From the IMG/VR virus record IMGVR_UViG_3300021091_000012: DNA of 64,000 bases; one strand, written 5' to 3'. The translations under genes and the position numbers were made by a program. The stretch is from a virus. The notes beneath the pieces are model-generated. The model was not told the DNA's origin, made no database searches, and was given only the letters and a program-made list of their open reading frames with translations. Each line of letters opens with the position of its first letter. Within the stretch, counting starts at the first letter, position 1. Below are positions 45,614 through 55,220 of the stretch, piece by piece.

Positions 45614-46062
45614 GTGCTTTGTAATTGTTTTTCACTTACTGTACTATACAAAAAATAAAACTCTCTAGCACCAGGAATGTCCTTTTTTATTGCCTCTTGA
45701 AAAGTCTCTTCCCAAACGTCAATACCAAACTCTCGAATTAAACAGAATCTTAATTCCATTAGACGTGAAGCTTCCTCATTATAGTAATCCTCCATCAGCC
45801 TATTGTAGCGCTTACGGTACTTACGTTCAATCTCTAGATATCGCTCATCGTTTTGTGGATCACTTCCTTTGTAGTTTTTAGTGAACTGCTGTAGCTCTTT
45901 CTCGCAACGATTTAATTCTTCCTCAGCTTGTCTTTTGTAGTCTGAGTGATCGAAGTCTCCGTGATCTATTTGTTGAAGTAAAAAGGGAATGCCTTTCTTA
46001 GCATTCTTACGTTGTAACCTAGCTTTGGGACGATAACGTCTCCACCAATTGAATTTACTCAT
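45610..46062 (-). CDS. hypothetical protein
   Basis: ORF. Confidence 0.7.
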   Translation of the reverse strand: MSKFNWWRRYRPKARLQRKNAKKGIPFLLQQIDHGDFDHSDYKRQAEEELNRCEKELQQFTKNYKGSDPQNDERYLEIERKYRKRYNRLMEDYYNEEASRLMELRFCLIREFGIDVWEETFQEAIKKDIPGAREFYFLYSTVSEKQLQST

Positions 46063-46063
46063 A

Positions 46064-46252
46064 TTATTCTATAACTTGTGCGTCTTCTATTATTCGACAA
46101 AGATACAAAAGCCCATCTTTTCTTAATACCGTATCACACATATAGTATTCCTTTGCTTCCTCAGTTGGAAAGTTTGGGTGATCTCTAAATGTTCGATATA
46201 CTATGAATAGGTTGCCTCGAAATGTAACTATTTGTTTCTCTCTAAATGACAT
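46064..46252 (-). CDS. hypothetical protein
   Basis: ORF behind promoter. Confidence 0.65.
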   Translation of the reverse strand: MSFREKQIVTFRGNLFIVYRTFRDHPNFPTEEAKEYYMCDTVLRKDGLLYLCRIIEDAQVIE

Positions 46253-46255
46253 AAA

Positions 46256-46287
46256 TTAAATATACTAAAAAAGGCTTACATTTGCAA
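46256..46287 (-). promoter_or_regulatory. sigma70-like promoter overlapping a terminator hairpin
   Basis: TTG-N20-TATATTTAA; AAGGCTT/AAGCCTT stem with U-tract at 46266-46294. Confidence 0.6.
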
Positions 46288-46300
46288 GCCTTTTAGAAAT

Positions 46301-47665
46301 TTAATACTCCTCTTCTTCCGAGACTAACCCAGACATTCTGCCTAATTTAAGAGCAAAAGCTACACCCTGAATACCTGCCTTTTCGCGATAAGATGGAATT
46401 GTTAATCCTATGTTTGTAAAAATATGTGGCATAAGTCCTTCTGAAGTTGCTGGAAAGACTAGTGCGCTAAAGTCACCCTTACTGGGTGCTTCGTCGGCTA
46501 CTGAAGCATCTGTGACGATAAACATTTTACCTGCATCTGCTTCCATACTCATATAGTAATCTAAATACTTACCAGCAAACTCTGCTAAGAAGTTCTTTCG
46601 ATTTAATGTTCCGTCTTTTTTTAGATGGTTAGCAATCCACATCCAATTACTCGGTGACTTCCAATTTGACAGCGCACTACCAAAACCCACTGCCATAGCT
46701 CCTATCAACTCCTCCTGTGTTACCGGTTCGGAGTCTTCTTTTGTCTTCTCGATTAGTTGCCTATTCATCTCCTCCAACGCCGACATCCAACCTTTATTCC
46801 AGTCAGATCCATAACGTGCATCGTCCTCAATCACATTAAAAACACCCACTTCATCACCTCCCAGAGGCTTGGCGCCACCAGATAATGATACTCCCTTCAC
46901 GATGAGCCCCTTACTCTTAGCCAATTCCTCGTAGCCACGTTTAAATCCTGCCTGAGCTTCTCCAGAGCTTCCTAACCCTTTTTGGGAGCGAAGACGTTTG
47001 TTGAACCCACCCACCTCAAACGGCTGACCACCTACAACCAAGTCTCCGGACTTTGTAGGTCGTTGACCCCCTTTTAGGAGGACTGCTAATAACACCTCGA
47101 TTGTACCTAGTTGTGGTGTTGCACTCCAACGATACAATGCCAAGTCTCCTAGGGTGCTTGCAGATAATCCGGTATCTTTAAACGCATCCGATAACTTAAC
47201 AGGACTTCCTTGAAATACTGCAACATCTACCGTTGGATCTAAGAGATAGGTATGTAGCTTCATTTGATCAGTATCTTCAGCAAGTAGGATGTCCACAACC
47301 TCATCTGTGTGACTTTTGTCGTTACCAAGATGTTCCGCCACCGCCTGCTCGATAGGTACTTCAAAGTTTGCATTTCGACGAATGAGTTTCTGAATTTTTG
47401 TAATAGTTTTTGGAGACATTACAACTTTAGGATCTGACAGAGCAGCTATTAGTTGCTCTTTTGTCATTTGTACAACTTGTGACACCTCCTCAGGTTCTAC
47501 TTTCTTCTTCGCTTCGAGATTAAGTGGTTCATCAAATCCATACTCAGCCATAACCTCTTGAAGAACTTTTAGCTCTTTCTTGTTAGTGAACTTACCATCC
47601 TTCATTGTAGGATAGCCTTTTGGTAGTCTGTACGACCACTCTACTACTATTTCATCCCAATTCAT
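46301..47665 (-). CDS. hypothetical protein, possible degenerate PD-(D/E)XK fold
   Basis: EWSYRLPKGYP N-terminus; IEVLLA...GDLVVGGQPFEVG. Confidence 0.7.
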   Translation of the reverse strand: MNWDEIVVEWSYRLPKGYPTMKDGKFTNKKELKVLQEVMAEYGFDEPLNLEAKKKVEPEEVSQVVQMTKEQLIAALSDPKVVMSPKTITKIQKLIRRNANFEVPIEQAVAEHLGNDKSHTDEVVDILLAEDTDQMKLHTYLLDPTVDVAVFQGSPVKLSDAFKDTGLSASTLGDLALYRWSATPQLGTIEVLLAVLLKGGQRPTKSGDLVVGGQPFEVGGFNKRLRSQKGLGSSGEAQAGFKRGYEELAKSKGLIVKGVSLSGGAKPLGGDEVGVFNVIEDDARYGSDWNKGWMSALEEMNRQLIEKTKEDSEPVTQEELIGAMAVGFGSALSNWKSPSNWMWIANHLKKDGTLNRKNFLAEFAGKYLDYYMSMEADAGKMFIVTDASVADEAPSKGDFSALVFPATSEGLMPHIFTNIGLTIPSYREKAGIQGVAFALKLGRMSGLVSEEEEY

Positions 47666-47958
47666 TACTTACCTGATTTTGGACGCTCAAATGGTGTACC
47701 GTCTTGTACTTTACCATCGCCATCACCATCCCTTGCGTCTTCTTTAAACGTGATCTTAGGTTGCTCTGTTGATTCTATACAACCTAGCTCGTCCCACATT
47801 GCCTGATCGACGTATCCTGTGTTAGGAAGTCCTCGGCTCATTTGCCACGATAATACTGCATGATATGTTTGCTGATCAAACCATCCGTCCGGATGCAATC
47901 CCAATGCCAACTGTACTGCTTTGATCTGTTTGCTTTTTTGTCCAAATTCTAATTTCAT
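47665..47958 (-). CDS. peptidoglycan-binding domain protein
   Basis: VQLALG..PDGWFD..T..AV..WQ...GL..TG.VD; C-terminal DGDGDG. Confidence 0.8.
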   Translation of the reverse strand: MKLEFGQKSKQIKAVQLALGLHPDGWFDQQTYHAVLSWQMSRGLPNTGYVDQAMWDELGCIESTEQPKITFKEDARDGDGDGKVQDGTPFERPKSGK

Positions 47959-47972
47959 GTTGTATGTTTTTA

Positions 47973-48581
47973 TTAAAATTCATTAATTAAACAATAAGTC
48001 ACGTGGGTTTGTGTCTTATCCTTTGCTGCTTTGCGGTACCATTTCATTTGCTCCATATACTTTGCTCTGTCATTTACTACCTGACATCCAGCACTCCACG
48101 CATCAATAGTTGCCTTTTTCATTTTCAAACTTGCATCCGAAAAGTCATAAGTGTTGGTGTGATAGTTGATACCATACCAACCTGCGATTGGCTTTCCTAA
48201 TTCTTCACTCTTACCGTCATTATCTCCGTCTCGATATACGTCTATTGTTGCACCAGTTTGTAATAGTGCTGGCATTTTTCCTCTATGAGAACCAAACTGC
48301 CAAACATTATAATACCACTTATCGGCTGCAACAACTGCAGCGCCTACTGAGTTGAAAGACTTGTAACCTCCTTTAAGTATTGTAAGTCCTGGATGGGTTG
48401 TTGCTGAAACGACTGTAAGAAATTTCTCACTCTCAAACTGATAAATCTTGTCGTCGAATAGATTTGGTTGATCTTCTTTTGATCTTACTCCAATGTGCCA
48501 TCTGCCTTTTGGAATTTCTTTGAAACTAGGCAAGCTCTTTACCTTGTCTAATAACTCTTTGTCTGTGTAATTTCGTACCAT
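47973..48581 (-). CDS. putative cell-wall enzyme, L,D-transpeptidase-like catalytic motif
   Basis: ATTHPG, GINYH...WSAGCQV (H...SxGC); adjacent to the PG-binding gene. Confidence 0.55.
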   Translation of the reverse strand: MVRNYTDKELLDKVKSLPSFKEIPKGRWHIGVRSKEDQPNLFDDKIYQFESEKFLTVVSATTHPGLTILKGGYKSFNSVGAAVVAADKWYYNVWQFGSHRGKMPALLQTGATIDVYRDGDNDGKSEELGKPIAGWYGINYHTNTYDFSDASLKMKKATIDAWSAGCQVVNDRAKYMEQMKWYRKAAKDKTQTHVTYCLINEF

Positions 48582-48590
48582 ACTTTAAAT

Positions 48591-48803
48591 TTAATCAATA
48601 CTATTAGCTCCCTTTGTGTGCTTTGGTTCGTAAGGACAATGCCTACAACCATTTCCGCAACACTGACCTCTACGTTTATGGTAAGATTCAGTGAAAACTA
48701 ACTTACCATCTTCGTAGTAAAAGTCAGTAGGAAGAAGCTTAGGTTTACTAACCTCCTTCACATACTGTTGAAATATCCAATCCTGTGATGGGTTTCTGAT
48801 CAT
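48591..48803 (-). CDS. DUF5522-like Cys-rich protein
   Basis: VFTESYHKRRGQCCGNGCRHCPY. Confidence 0.8.
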   Translation of the reverse strand: MIRNPSQDWIFQQYVKEVSKPKLLPTDFYYEDGKLVFTESYHKRRGQCCGNGCRHCPYEPKHTKGANSID

Positions 48804-48805
48804 AG

Positions 48806-50662
48806 TTATACTATTTCACATGCACCACCTGCACAAGCTGCTTCTCCTTTAAGGTTGGTAGTGTCATCAAGTTCAACAACTTTACTCAAATCTACGTCCT
48901 TCAAAGAGTCCATCATTCTATTATAAGTATCTTCGTCAATGTCTTCAAATGGTGCTTGAATGTAGGTTCCTCCGTTATATGGTAGTACAGACAAACCGTT
49001 GTAGTGTTCGCGGTTATTCCACATCCACTCACCAGCTAGATCCCACTCATCCTCTTTCAGAGATACTGTAGCTGATACGTTGTGTGAGTTGTTACCCGAC
49101 CTATGTCCTGGTTTAACCCACTCCAAGTGTACTCTCTTGATTCGCTCTAATAAAGCAAAAGGAGATTCTGTACGTAAGATCGCGCCTTCGGGTGCTTTCT
49201 GTGGAATAGAGATTACTGCAGTATCGTGTGGACGGAAGTACTCATCCTCAACAAGCTCAGGGTGATTAATTGATAGGTATGTGTAGATTGCTTCATTCTT
49301 TCCTACTCGGATTCTACGAATGTAGAAATCGTTATGCCAAGCGTGGATACCTGACGAAGTGCCCAATGTAAGTGATGTTGTTCCTGCCGGCTTAACAGTC
49401 GTAGCTCTTGCAGACTTGTTGATACCAATAAGCTCAGCCACTCTAGCATTTTCATCCTTAACAACCTTCGCGGCTGCTTTCATATCATATCCCAACACTG
49501 TACCTGATCCGATACCAGTCATTGAAACTCCAATCAAAGCATCTTTTTCAGTTGTTCTTTTCCACACATCTCTCAAGTAATGGAAATCTGTATAACCTGC
49601 TTGAAGTGTTCCAATGAACGCAGCAGCACGTACTCTACTTTCGAAGTCTTGTTGATCTACAATGTCCGACACATTAACCTCGCAGAGGTTACAGAACTGG
49701 AAAGGTCGTAGTGCAATCTCACAGCATGGATTAGTTCCCCAATCTTTATCGTTTGTTAGGTAGATTCCTGGTTCACCTGCTCCTGATAATTCAACACGCT
49801 TCCAAAGATCCATGAAGAACTCCTTGGTAAGTTTGTGTCTCATTAACACAGCTGAGTTATTTGCTCTACCTCTTTGTGCGTTTTGCTCCCACCAGTTACC
49901 TGACTTACAAGAAATCATCTCCTCATCGTCAGCACTAAACAAGCTAATAAGAGCTGCTCTGCGAATACCACCGGCCAATACTGCATCCGCAATATGACAT
50001 ACCATGTCGTGTACTTCAATTGATGATAGTTTATCTCCATCTTCTTTTGAGTCTAAAATTCCTTGTAATTTTATTAAACATTCTTTTAGTGGCTGAGGAC
50101 CTGGTGCTTTCCCTCCTGACGTCACTAGACGTGCACCTTTTGGTCGAATGTCACTAAAATCAAACTCTAATCGAGATCCTCCAGTGAAGTAAGACTTAAT
50201 ACAATACTTAACTGCATCTGCCCATCCTTCAATAGAGTCCGCTATCAAGTAGCGTCTTTTTCTTTTTGAGACCGGTTTACGGATCTCAGGTAATCTTTCT
50301 ACGTGATGTGTTTGCACTGAGTAACCAACTCCTGTTCCTCCTAACAATAAAAACATAGCTTCGCCAAAAGCACGAACATCGTCGATTGGTAGGTAAGCAC
50401 AGTTGTAAATTCTATTAGGTGAGATCTCGACTGGCTTTCCAGCAAACTGCATACTGCGCATTGAAGGTAAAACCTTCTTACCATACACAAACTGGTAGAC
50501 GTCTTCGATTTCTTTTGCCAATTGTGGATACTTTCGAATGTGCATTTCTTTGTTTCTTATAACTAATTCCTGCCAAGTTTCTCTTCTTTGCAGTTTGGGT
50601 AAGTACTTTGCGTACTTCATAAAGACAGTGATCTCGCTTAGGATTTCATTCGAAAGTGTCAT
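48806..50662 (-). CDS. nrdJ: class II (B12-dependent) ribonucleotide reductase
   Basis: PSMRSMQ, YNCA, GGTGVG, GGIRRAA, TNPCCEI, CNL, TVKPAGT, C-terminal CAGGAC. Confidence 0.92.
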   Translation of the reverse strand: MTLSNEILSEITVFMKYAKYLPKLQRRETWQELVIRNKEMHIRKYPQLAKEIEDVYQFVYGKKVLPSMRSMQFAGKPVEISPNRIYNCAYLPIDDVRAFGEAMFLLLGGTGVGYSVQTHHVERLPEIRKPVSKRKRRYLIADSIEGWADAVKYCIKSYFTGGSRLEFDFSDIRPKGARLVTSGGKAPGPQPLKECLIKLQGILDSKEDGDKLSSIEVHDMVCHIADAVLAGGIRRAALISLFSADDEEMISCKSGNWWEQNAQRGRANNSAVLMRHKLTKEFFMDLWKRVELSGAGEPGIYLTNDKDWGTNPCCEIALRPFQFCNLCEVNVSDIVDQQDFESRVRAAAFIGTLQAGYTDFHYLRDVWKRTTEKDALIGVSMTGIGSGTVLGYDMKAAAKVVKDENARVAELIGINKSARATTVKPAGTTSLTLGTSSGIHAWHNDFYIRRIRVGKNEAIYTYLSINHPELVEDEYFRPHDTAVISIPQKAPEGAILRTESPFALLERIKRVHLEWVKPGHRSGNNSHNVSATVSLKEDEWDLAGEWMWNNREHYNGLSVLPYNGGTYIQAPFEDIDEDTYNRMMDSLKDVDLSKVVELDDTTNLKGEAACAGGACEIV

Positions 50663-50708
50663 GTAGCTAAATTTTTAATAAGTTTGTAAATTGTTTTGAG
50701 GCTGTAAC

Positions 50709-50716
50709 TATAAATA
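50709..50716 (-). promoter_or_regulatory. TATTTATA motif (putative late promoter)
   Basis: Upstream of nrdJ. Confidence 0.45.
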
Positions 50717-50732
50717 GTTTATAAGCTCACGA

Positions 50733-52103
50733 TTATTTTGTTAAATTTTGTAATTCTGAAAATTTATTTGCAAGTGCTTTTCTTACAACCTCAGAATCAC
50801 TTTGCATCATTGCTTTTGCTTCTTTACCCATTACAGTGCTTTCAGCAAAAATTTCTATCTTTGAAGCCGACATATTCATTCGGCTCGGAAAGGTCAGTCC
50901 ATCCGGACCAAATCGATTCTTAATAACGTGCCATCTACCAGTACCTGCTAACTTATCTGTTACCTTTCTTGATAGTGATACGACAAAATCAGCTACCATC
51001 ACCTTTGAGTATGATTCTGCAATCTTGTCTGCTTCAATGATATCTTCCTCAAGAGCTGATCTATTTGCTTGCGATGCGGTGTAGATTGGTATTTGATATG
51101 TACCAGCCATTCCTCGCAAATCTTCGTAGATGTTTCCTAACATGATATCATTTCGAACAGCACCTTTTGAACTAGTATCTCTTAGCAAGTCTGCGTAGTC
51201 TACTAGTATTAGATCTGGTTGAAATCCTTGCATGATGCATTTATCAAGATGTGCTGACAGCATTGTTACTGTAGCAGCTTTGGTTGGATAGTATTTTATA
51301 ATTAACTTTCCTTTAAGCTTTTTGAGTTTATCCACAACTTCGTCTTGATGAAACTTCAAGTCTTGTGAAGGAATACCTGTATAATGTGAATCGAACCGAG
51401 CACCTACGTAGGTCTCCGAAAGTTCAAGAGTATAGTAAACTACGTTAAGTCCACTTTTAACTGCAGCTGCTGCTATATTAACTAAAGCCATTGACTTACC
51501 AATACCAGCTGGTGCTACAAATACTCCCATCTCACCGCTACCTAAACCACCATCCATGATTTCGTTGATCACATCCCATGGCGTTGGAATTGTATTCCTC
51601 TTATTTTCAACAAATCTTGCACCTATATCATCTACGTATTCGTGACCTATGTTTCGATCGGTCCCAGCCTTCATAGCTTCATCAATAGCAGTCTTAATGT
51701 CATCATACTTTCCTGACTGCAATAACTGAACTGATCGTAAGATAGCTTCTTTGATCTTTTGATTTTTACAGAACTCTAGGGTACGATCTTTAATGAAATC
51801 TAAATCAGTTGATTCAGTATATCTAACTACCTCCTTTAAAGTTTCTATAATAGCCGTTCTTAATACTGGTTCCTTTTCTTCGTCTATGTGTATTTTCAAT
51901 ACCTCCAGTGTTGGTGGAGTTTTGTACTTATCAAAGTACTCTAAAAGAGTTTGAGCTATCCACTGCGATGAGTCTGAGGAGAAGTATTTAGGATCTATGA
52001 TATCATGTATCTGTTGTAAAAAGATTCTATCCTTAATAAGGATTGTAAGCACCTTATTCTGAAACGCTGTTCCGTAAAACTGTAATGTGTCTTGTTCTTG
52101 CAT
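50733..52103 (-). CDS. DnaB/gp41-like replicative helicase
   Basis: APAGIGKS, YTLELS, LVDYADLL, TASQANR, KNRFG. Confidence 0.93.
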   Translation of the reverse strand: MQEQDTLQFYGTAFQNKVLTILIKDRIFLQQIHDIIDPKYFSSDSSQWIAQTLLEYFDKYKTPPTLEVLKIHIDEEKEPVLRTAIIETLKEVVRYTESTDLDFIKDRTLEFCKNQKIKEAILRSVQLLQSGKYDDIKTAIDEAMKAGTDRNIGHEYVDDIGARFVENKRNTIPTPWDVINEIMDGGLGSGEMGVFVAPAGIGKSMALVNIAAAAVKSGLNVVYYTLELSETYVGARFDSHYTGIPSQDLKFHQDEVVDKLKKLKGKLIIKYYPTKAATVTMLSAHLDKCIMQGFQPDLILVDYADLLRDTSSKGAVRNDIMLGNIYEDLRGMAGTYQIPIYTASQANRSALEEDIIEADKIAESYSKVMVADFVVSLSRKVTDKLAGTGRWHVIKNRFGPDGLTFPSRMNMSASKIEIFAESTVMGKEAKAMMQSDSEVVRKALANKFSELQNLTK

Positions 52104-52108
52104 ATTGA

Positions 52109-52140
52109 TTAACTATACTTAATTCATTTTAATCTAGCAA
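52109..52140 (-). promoter_or_regulatory. sigma70-like promoter for the helicase
   Basis: TTG-N20-TATAGTTAA. Confidence 0.55.
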
Positions 52141-53184
52141 GGTATATTGATCTAATTTCTGAGTGACTTCTCTTATCCACACTTCCACGTTCCTGATGGC
52201 GTTTGTCATTCCATCTTCAAAAATCATTTGATGAAACTTTATCTTACTCAGCTTTACGACAGGAGTTTCAAGTGTGGTTATAATTTTAAGTCTTGTGCTT
52301 GTTGGTATTCCGCTTTCAGAAAGTTGCATGATTTGATGAAACAAGCGAATGTTAGATTCTGCTTGAACTACTTTTTCGTATAACTTAACTTTAGGATGCT
52401 CAGCAGCTAGTTCTTTTGCATATTCTATAAAACCATCAACACTCATATACTCTGACCGTGTCAGCTTTGGAAACCTACTTGCTATTGTCTTTACTCCTAA
52501 CCCTGACACTCCTGGAATGTTATCACTATCATCACCTAGCAATGCTCTATAAAGAGCAAAGTTATATGGCATAATACCATACGTCTCATACACATCGGTT
52601 GTATAAAATAACTGCTTTTTGATTGGACTCCAAATATGAATACGGTCATTAACAAGTTGCATAAAATCCTTATCGGAAGACATGATAAACACCTGAGAGT
52701 CTCGCTCTTTGAGGTAGTCTTCTGAGACGTACGCTATCACGTCGTCGGCTTCAACTCCATCAGAAACAACAGTAGTGAAAGGCATTACCTCGATGTACTC
52801 GACAAGCCTCATTAACTGCTCTCGTTGATTATCCTCTTTATCCACAGTTTCAGCTCGATTCAGTCTTATCTTAAATGTACGATTAGCTTTATACTCAGGA
52901 AAGAGTTTTTTGCGCTTTGCCGATCCATCCTTACCATCAAACACAATAATAACCCTTGTAGGGTTGATTGCCTTGATTGCATGCCCAACGCTTAATAGAA
53001 ATCCAGAAATACCGCCTACATGCTCTCCATTAGTATTTGTAGTAGGACTTGCTGCATAAGCTCTAATAAAGGTGTTGAGGCCGTCAACAATTAACACTCG
53101 AGAATTCTTCGTGTCTTGTTGACTAGCCCCTTCGCCCCTGAGTTTTACCTCATTAAAGTATGCTAGATACTTTTTGTTGATCAT
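52129..53184 (-). CDS. 5'-3' exonuclease/flap endonuclease (T4 RNase H-like)
   Basis: IVDGLN, VFDG, YKANR, EADDVI, SSDKDFMQL, GDDSDNIPGV.G.G.KT. Confidence 0.93.
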   Translation of the reverse strand: MINKKYLAYFNEVKLRGEGASQQDTKNSRVLIVDGLNTFIRAYAASPTTNTNGEHVGGISGFLLSVGHAIKAINPTRVIIVFDGKDGSAKRKKLFPEYKANRTFKIRLNRAETVDKEDNQREQLMRLVEYIEVMPFTTVVSDGVEADDVIAYVSEDYLKERDSQVFIMSSDKDFMQLVNDRIHIWSPIKKQLFYTTDVYETYGIMPYNFALYRALLGDDSDNIPGVSGLGVKTIASRFPKLTRSEYMSVDGFIEYAKELAAEHPKVKLYEKVVQAESNIRLFHQIMQLSESGIPTSTRLKIITTLETPVVKLSKIKFHQMIFEDGMTNAIRNVEVWIREVTQKLDQYTLLD

Positions 53185-53188
53185 AACC

Positions 53189-54334
53189 TTAATCTTCTAA
53201 CTCTCCTTCATCTACCAATATTTCATCCGGATCAACTAAGTTTTGATCTCGATATTTCATAACATAGATGTCGCAGATTTTCTTGTAACAATAATTCTTC
53301 AACTCCTCATCTTGCTCGAGCATTCCTCTCCAATCTTTTGACTGGAACTTAATCTCTTCACCAGTCTCCTCGTTCACCATTGCGTACCAAGCTCCTGAGC
53401 CTTTAATCGTTCCGTAGTCTTTCATAAGAGTCAGCCAGCTATTATAGTCATCAATTCCTGAATTGAAATAAATGTCAAAGGTTGCTTTCTTGAATGGAGG
53501 ACCCATCCGGTTCTTGATAATCTGAGCTTCTGTCTGTACTCCGATAATCTGTTCAGTCTTTCCTGATCCGCTTTTCAATTTACCCACTCCCTTCAATCGA
53601 ATTCGGCAGCTTGCATGAAATCCTAGAGCCTTACCTCCGGAAGTAGTGTATTTATCTCCAAACATCACACCCATTTTTTCACGTAACTGAGATGTACAAA
53701 GTAAAAGTACTCGCTGCTTTCCAATAATATTCGTAATCTTACGCATTGCTTTTGACATTAGGATAGCCTTAGAAGTGGCCCATCCATCCTTCTCGTAGTC
53801 TGCGTCTTGTTCAATCTTAGTTGTTGCTGCCGATACTGAATCAAGTGCAATTGTAACTAGTCTATTTTTACTACTCTTACGAACGGTCTCAATAATGTTT
53901 TCAATAGCATCAAACGAATCCTCTATTGTTTCTAGTGGAACGTATAGCATATTACTAACATCAACACCTACTGCTCTCAAGAACTCCTCACTTAATGCAT
54001 TTTCAGTATCAATATAAACTGCAAGTCCACCTTTTTTCTGAGTATTAGCTAGTGTGTGTGCTACAATTAAACTCTTACCAGATGCTTCCATTCCTTGGAG
54101 TTCAACAATTCGACCTACTGGGAATCCTCCGTTCGGTCGATTTGAGATAGCCAAGTCTAACAAAGATGATCCAGTTGATACCCATTCGGTTAAATCTGTT
54201 GGAGTATCCTCTTCACCATTTAAAAAGTGAGCTGCTTTGAAGTCTTTGAATTTCTTATTTAGACTGTCCGCTAACATTGAAGCGAGCTCGTCCCTTCCCG
54301 AAATCTCATCGGGCGTCTTCGTCGACTTTGCCAT
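53189..54334 (-). CDS. recA: RecA/UvsX recombinase
   Basis: STGSSLLD, GRIVEL.GMEASGKS, YIDTE, LDSV, TSGGKALGFHAS.R, KNR. Confidence 0.95.
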   Translation of the reverse strand: MAKSTKTPDEISGRDELASMLADSLNKKFKDFKAAHFLNGEEDTPTDLTEWVSTGSSLLDLAISNRPNGGFPVGRIVELQGMEASGKSLIVAHTLANTQKKGGLAVYIDTENALSEEFLRAVGVDVSNMLYVPLETIEDSFDAIENIIETVRKSSKNRLVTIALDSVSAATTKIEQDADYEKDGWATSKAILMSKAMRKITNIIGKQRVLLLCTSQLREKMGVMFGDKYTTSGGKALGFHASCRIRLKGVGKLKSGSGKTEQIIGVQTEAQIIKNRMGPPFKKATFDIYFNSGIDDYNSWLTLMKDYGTIKGSGAWYAMVNEETGEEIKFQSKDWRGMLEQDEELKNYCYKKICDIYVMKYRDQNLVDPDEILVDEGELED

Positions 54335-54339
54335 AACTA

Positions 54340-55116
54340 TTAAGAATTAAATAGTGAATCAAATGCAGACGAAATGTCATCAGTATTTGTTGCTGTAGTT
54401 GCTCCTGTGATTGGGGTTATTGCAGGCTTTGTACCTTGCTCATCAGTTTCTGTTTCAGGATCTAACCACTTTTGCAATACTTCTGTCATGTCTTCATAAG
54501 TCGGCTCTGTAAACAGCTCAGTGATGTTTTTTTGATTATTTACAATCATCTCAGCAATCTCTTTGTCAGTTGTTGCAGGATTTGTGTTAGGTTTTACTCT
54601 CACTGTAAATGATGGAAATGCACCTTCTTTTTCTGCAGCAATATGCTCTACAGTAATGTCGCGTCCATTCATTAAATCTGTGATGTCACCATAGTCTGGA
54701 TCTGCAATTACACTTAAAAGTTCTGTATAAATTTGCTTACCAAAAGCCCAAAACTTAACCCCTTCGTGTTCTGCACCTCTTACAATAATTGGAGCATAAA
54801 CTCGAAACTTTGGTTCGATTTTCTTTCCTAGTTTCCAATCATCCTTGTCTCCTGACTTTTTAAGCTTTTCAGCAAACTCTACTATTGGATCGGGACGTCC
54901 AAAAGATATCGGAGATATCATTGTACGTTTTCCAATCTCATAGTGGAAGTACATTTCTAAGAATGGATTGTTTTTGTCAAATGCGTAGGGTACAATACGT
55001 ACTTGAGATTTTCCTACTGGTGGTTTCCAGATAAAGTCACTTGACTTGTTACCACCTCCTGTTGATTGTTGCATTGCTTGCAACTTTGCTTTAATCGCGT
55101 CTAAATTAATCGCCAT
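54340..55116 (-). CDS. gp32-like single-stranded DNA-binding protein
   Basis: WKPPVG..VRIVP, DPI.E, YGDITD...GRDI; acidic tail DDISSAFDSLF. Confidence 0.8.
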   Translation of the reverse strand: MAINLDAIKAKLQAMQQSTGGGNKSSDFIWKPPVGKSQVRIVPYAFDKNNPFLEMYFHYEIGKRTMISPISFGRPDPIVEFAEKLKKSGDKDDWKLGKKIEPKFRVYAPIIVRGAEHEGVKFWAFGKQIYTELLSVIADPDYGDITDLMNGRDITVEHIAAEKEGAFPSFTVRVKPNTNPATTDKEIAEMIVNNQKNITELFTEPTYEDMTEVLQKWLDPETETDEQGTKPAITPITGATTATNTDDISSAFDSLFNS

Positions 55117-55185
55117 CTTTGCTCTTTTTTAAGTTAAACATTAAATACTGGCCCTATGTGGATTATATCCTTGACTGGCCTTACT

Positions 55186-55217
55186 CTTACTATACTACTT
55201 TTTTCTTCTGTTGGCAA
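55186..55217 (-). promoter_or_regulatory. sigma70-like promoter for ssb-recA
   Basis: TTG-N20-TATAGTAAG. Confidence 0.5.
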
Positions 55218-55220
55218 CGC

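Noticed and set aside
55117-55185. ssb leader with an ACTGGCC direct repeat and small hairpin as a gp32-like autoregulatory element
   Set aside because: Too short to distinguish from chance; no convincing pseudoknot seen
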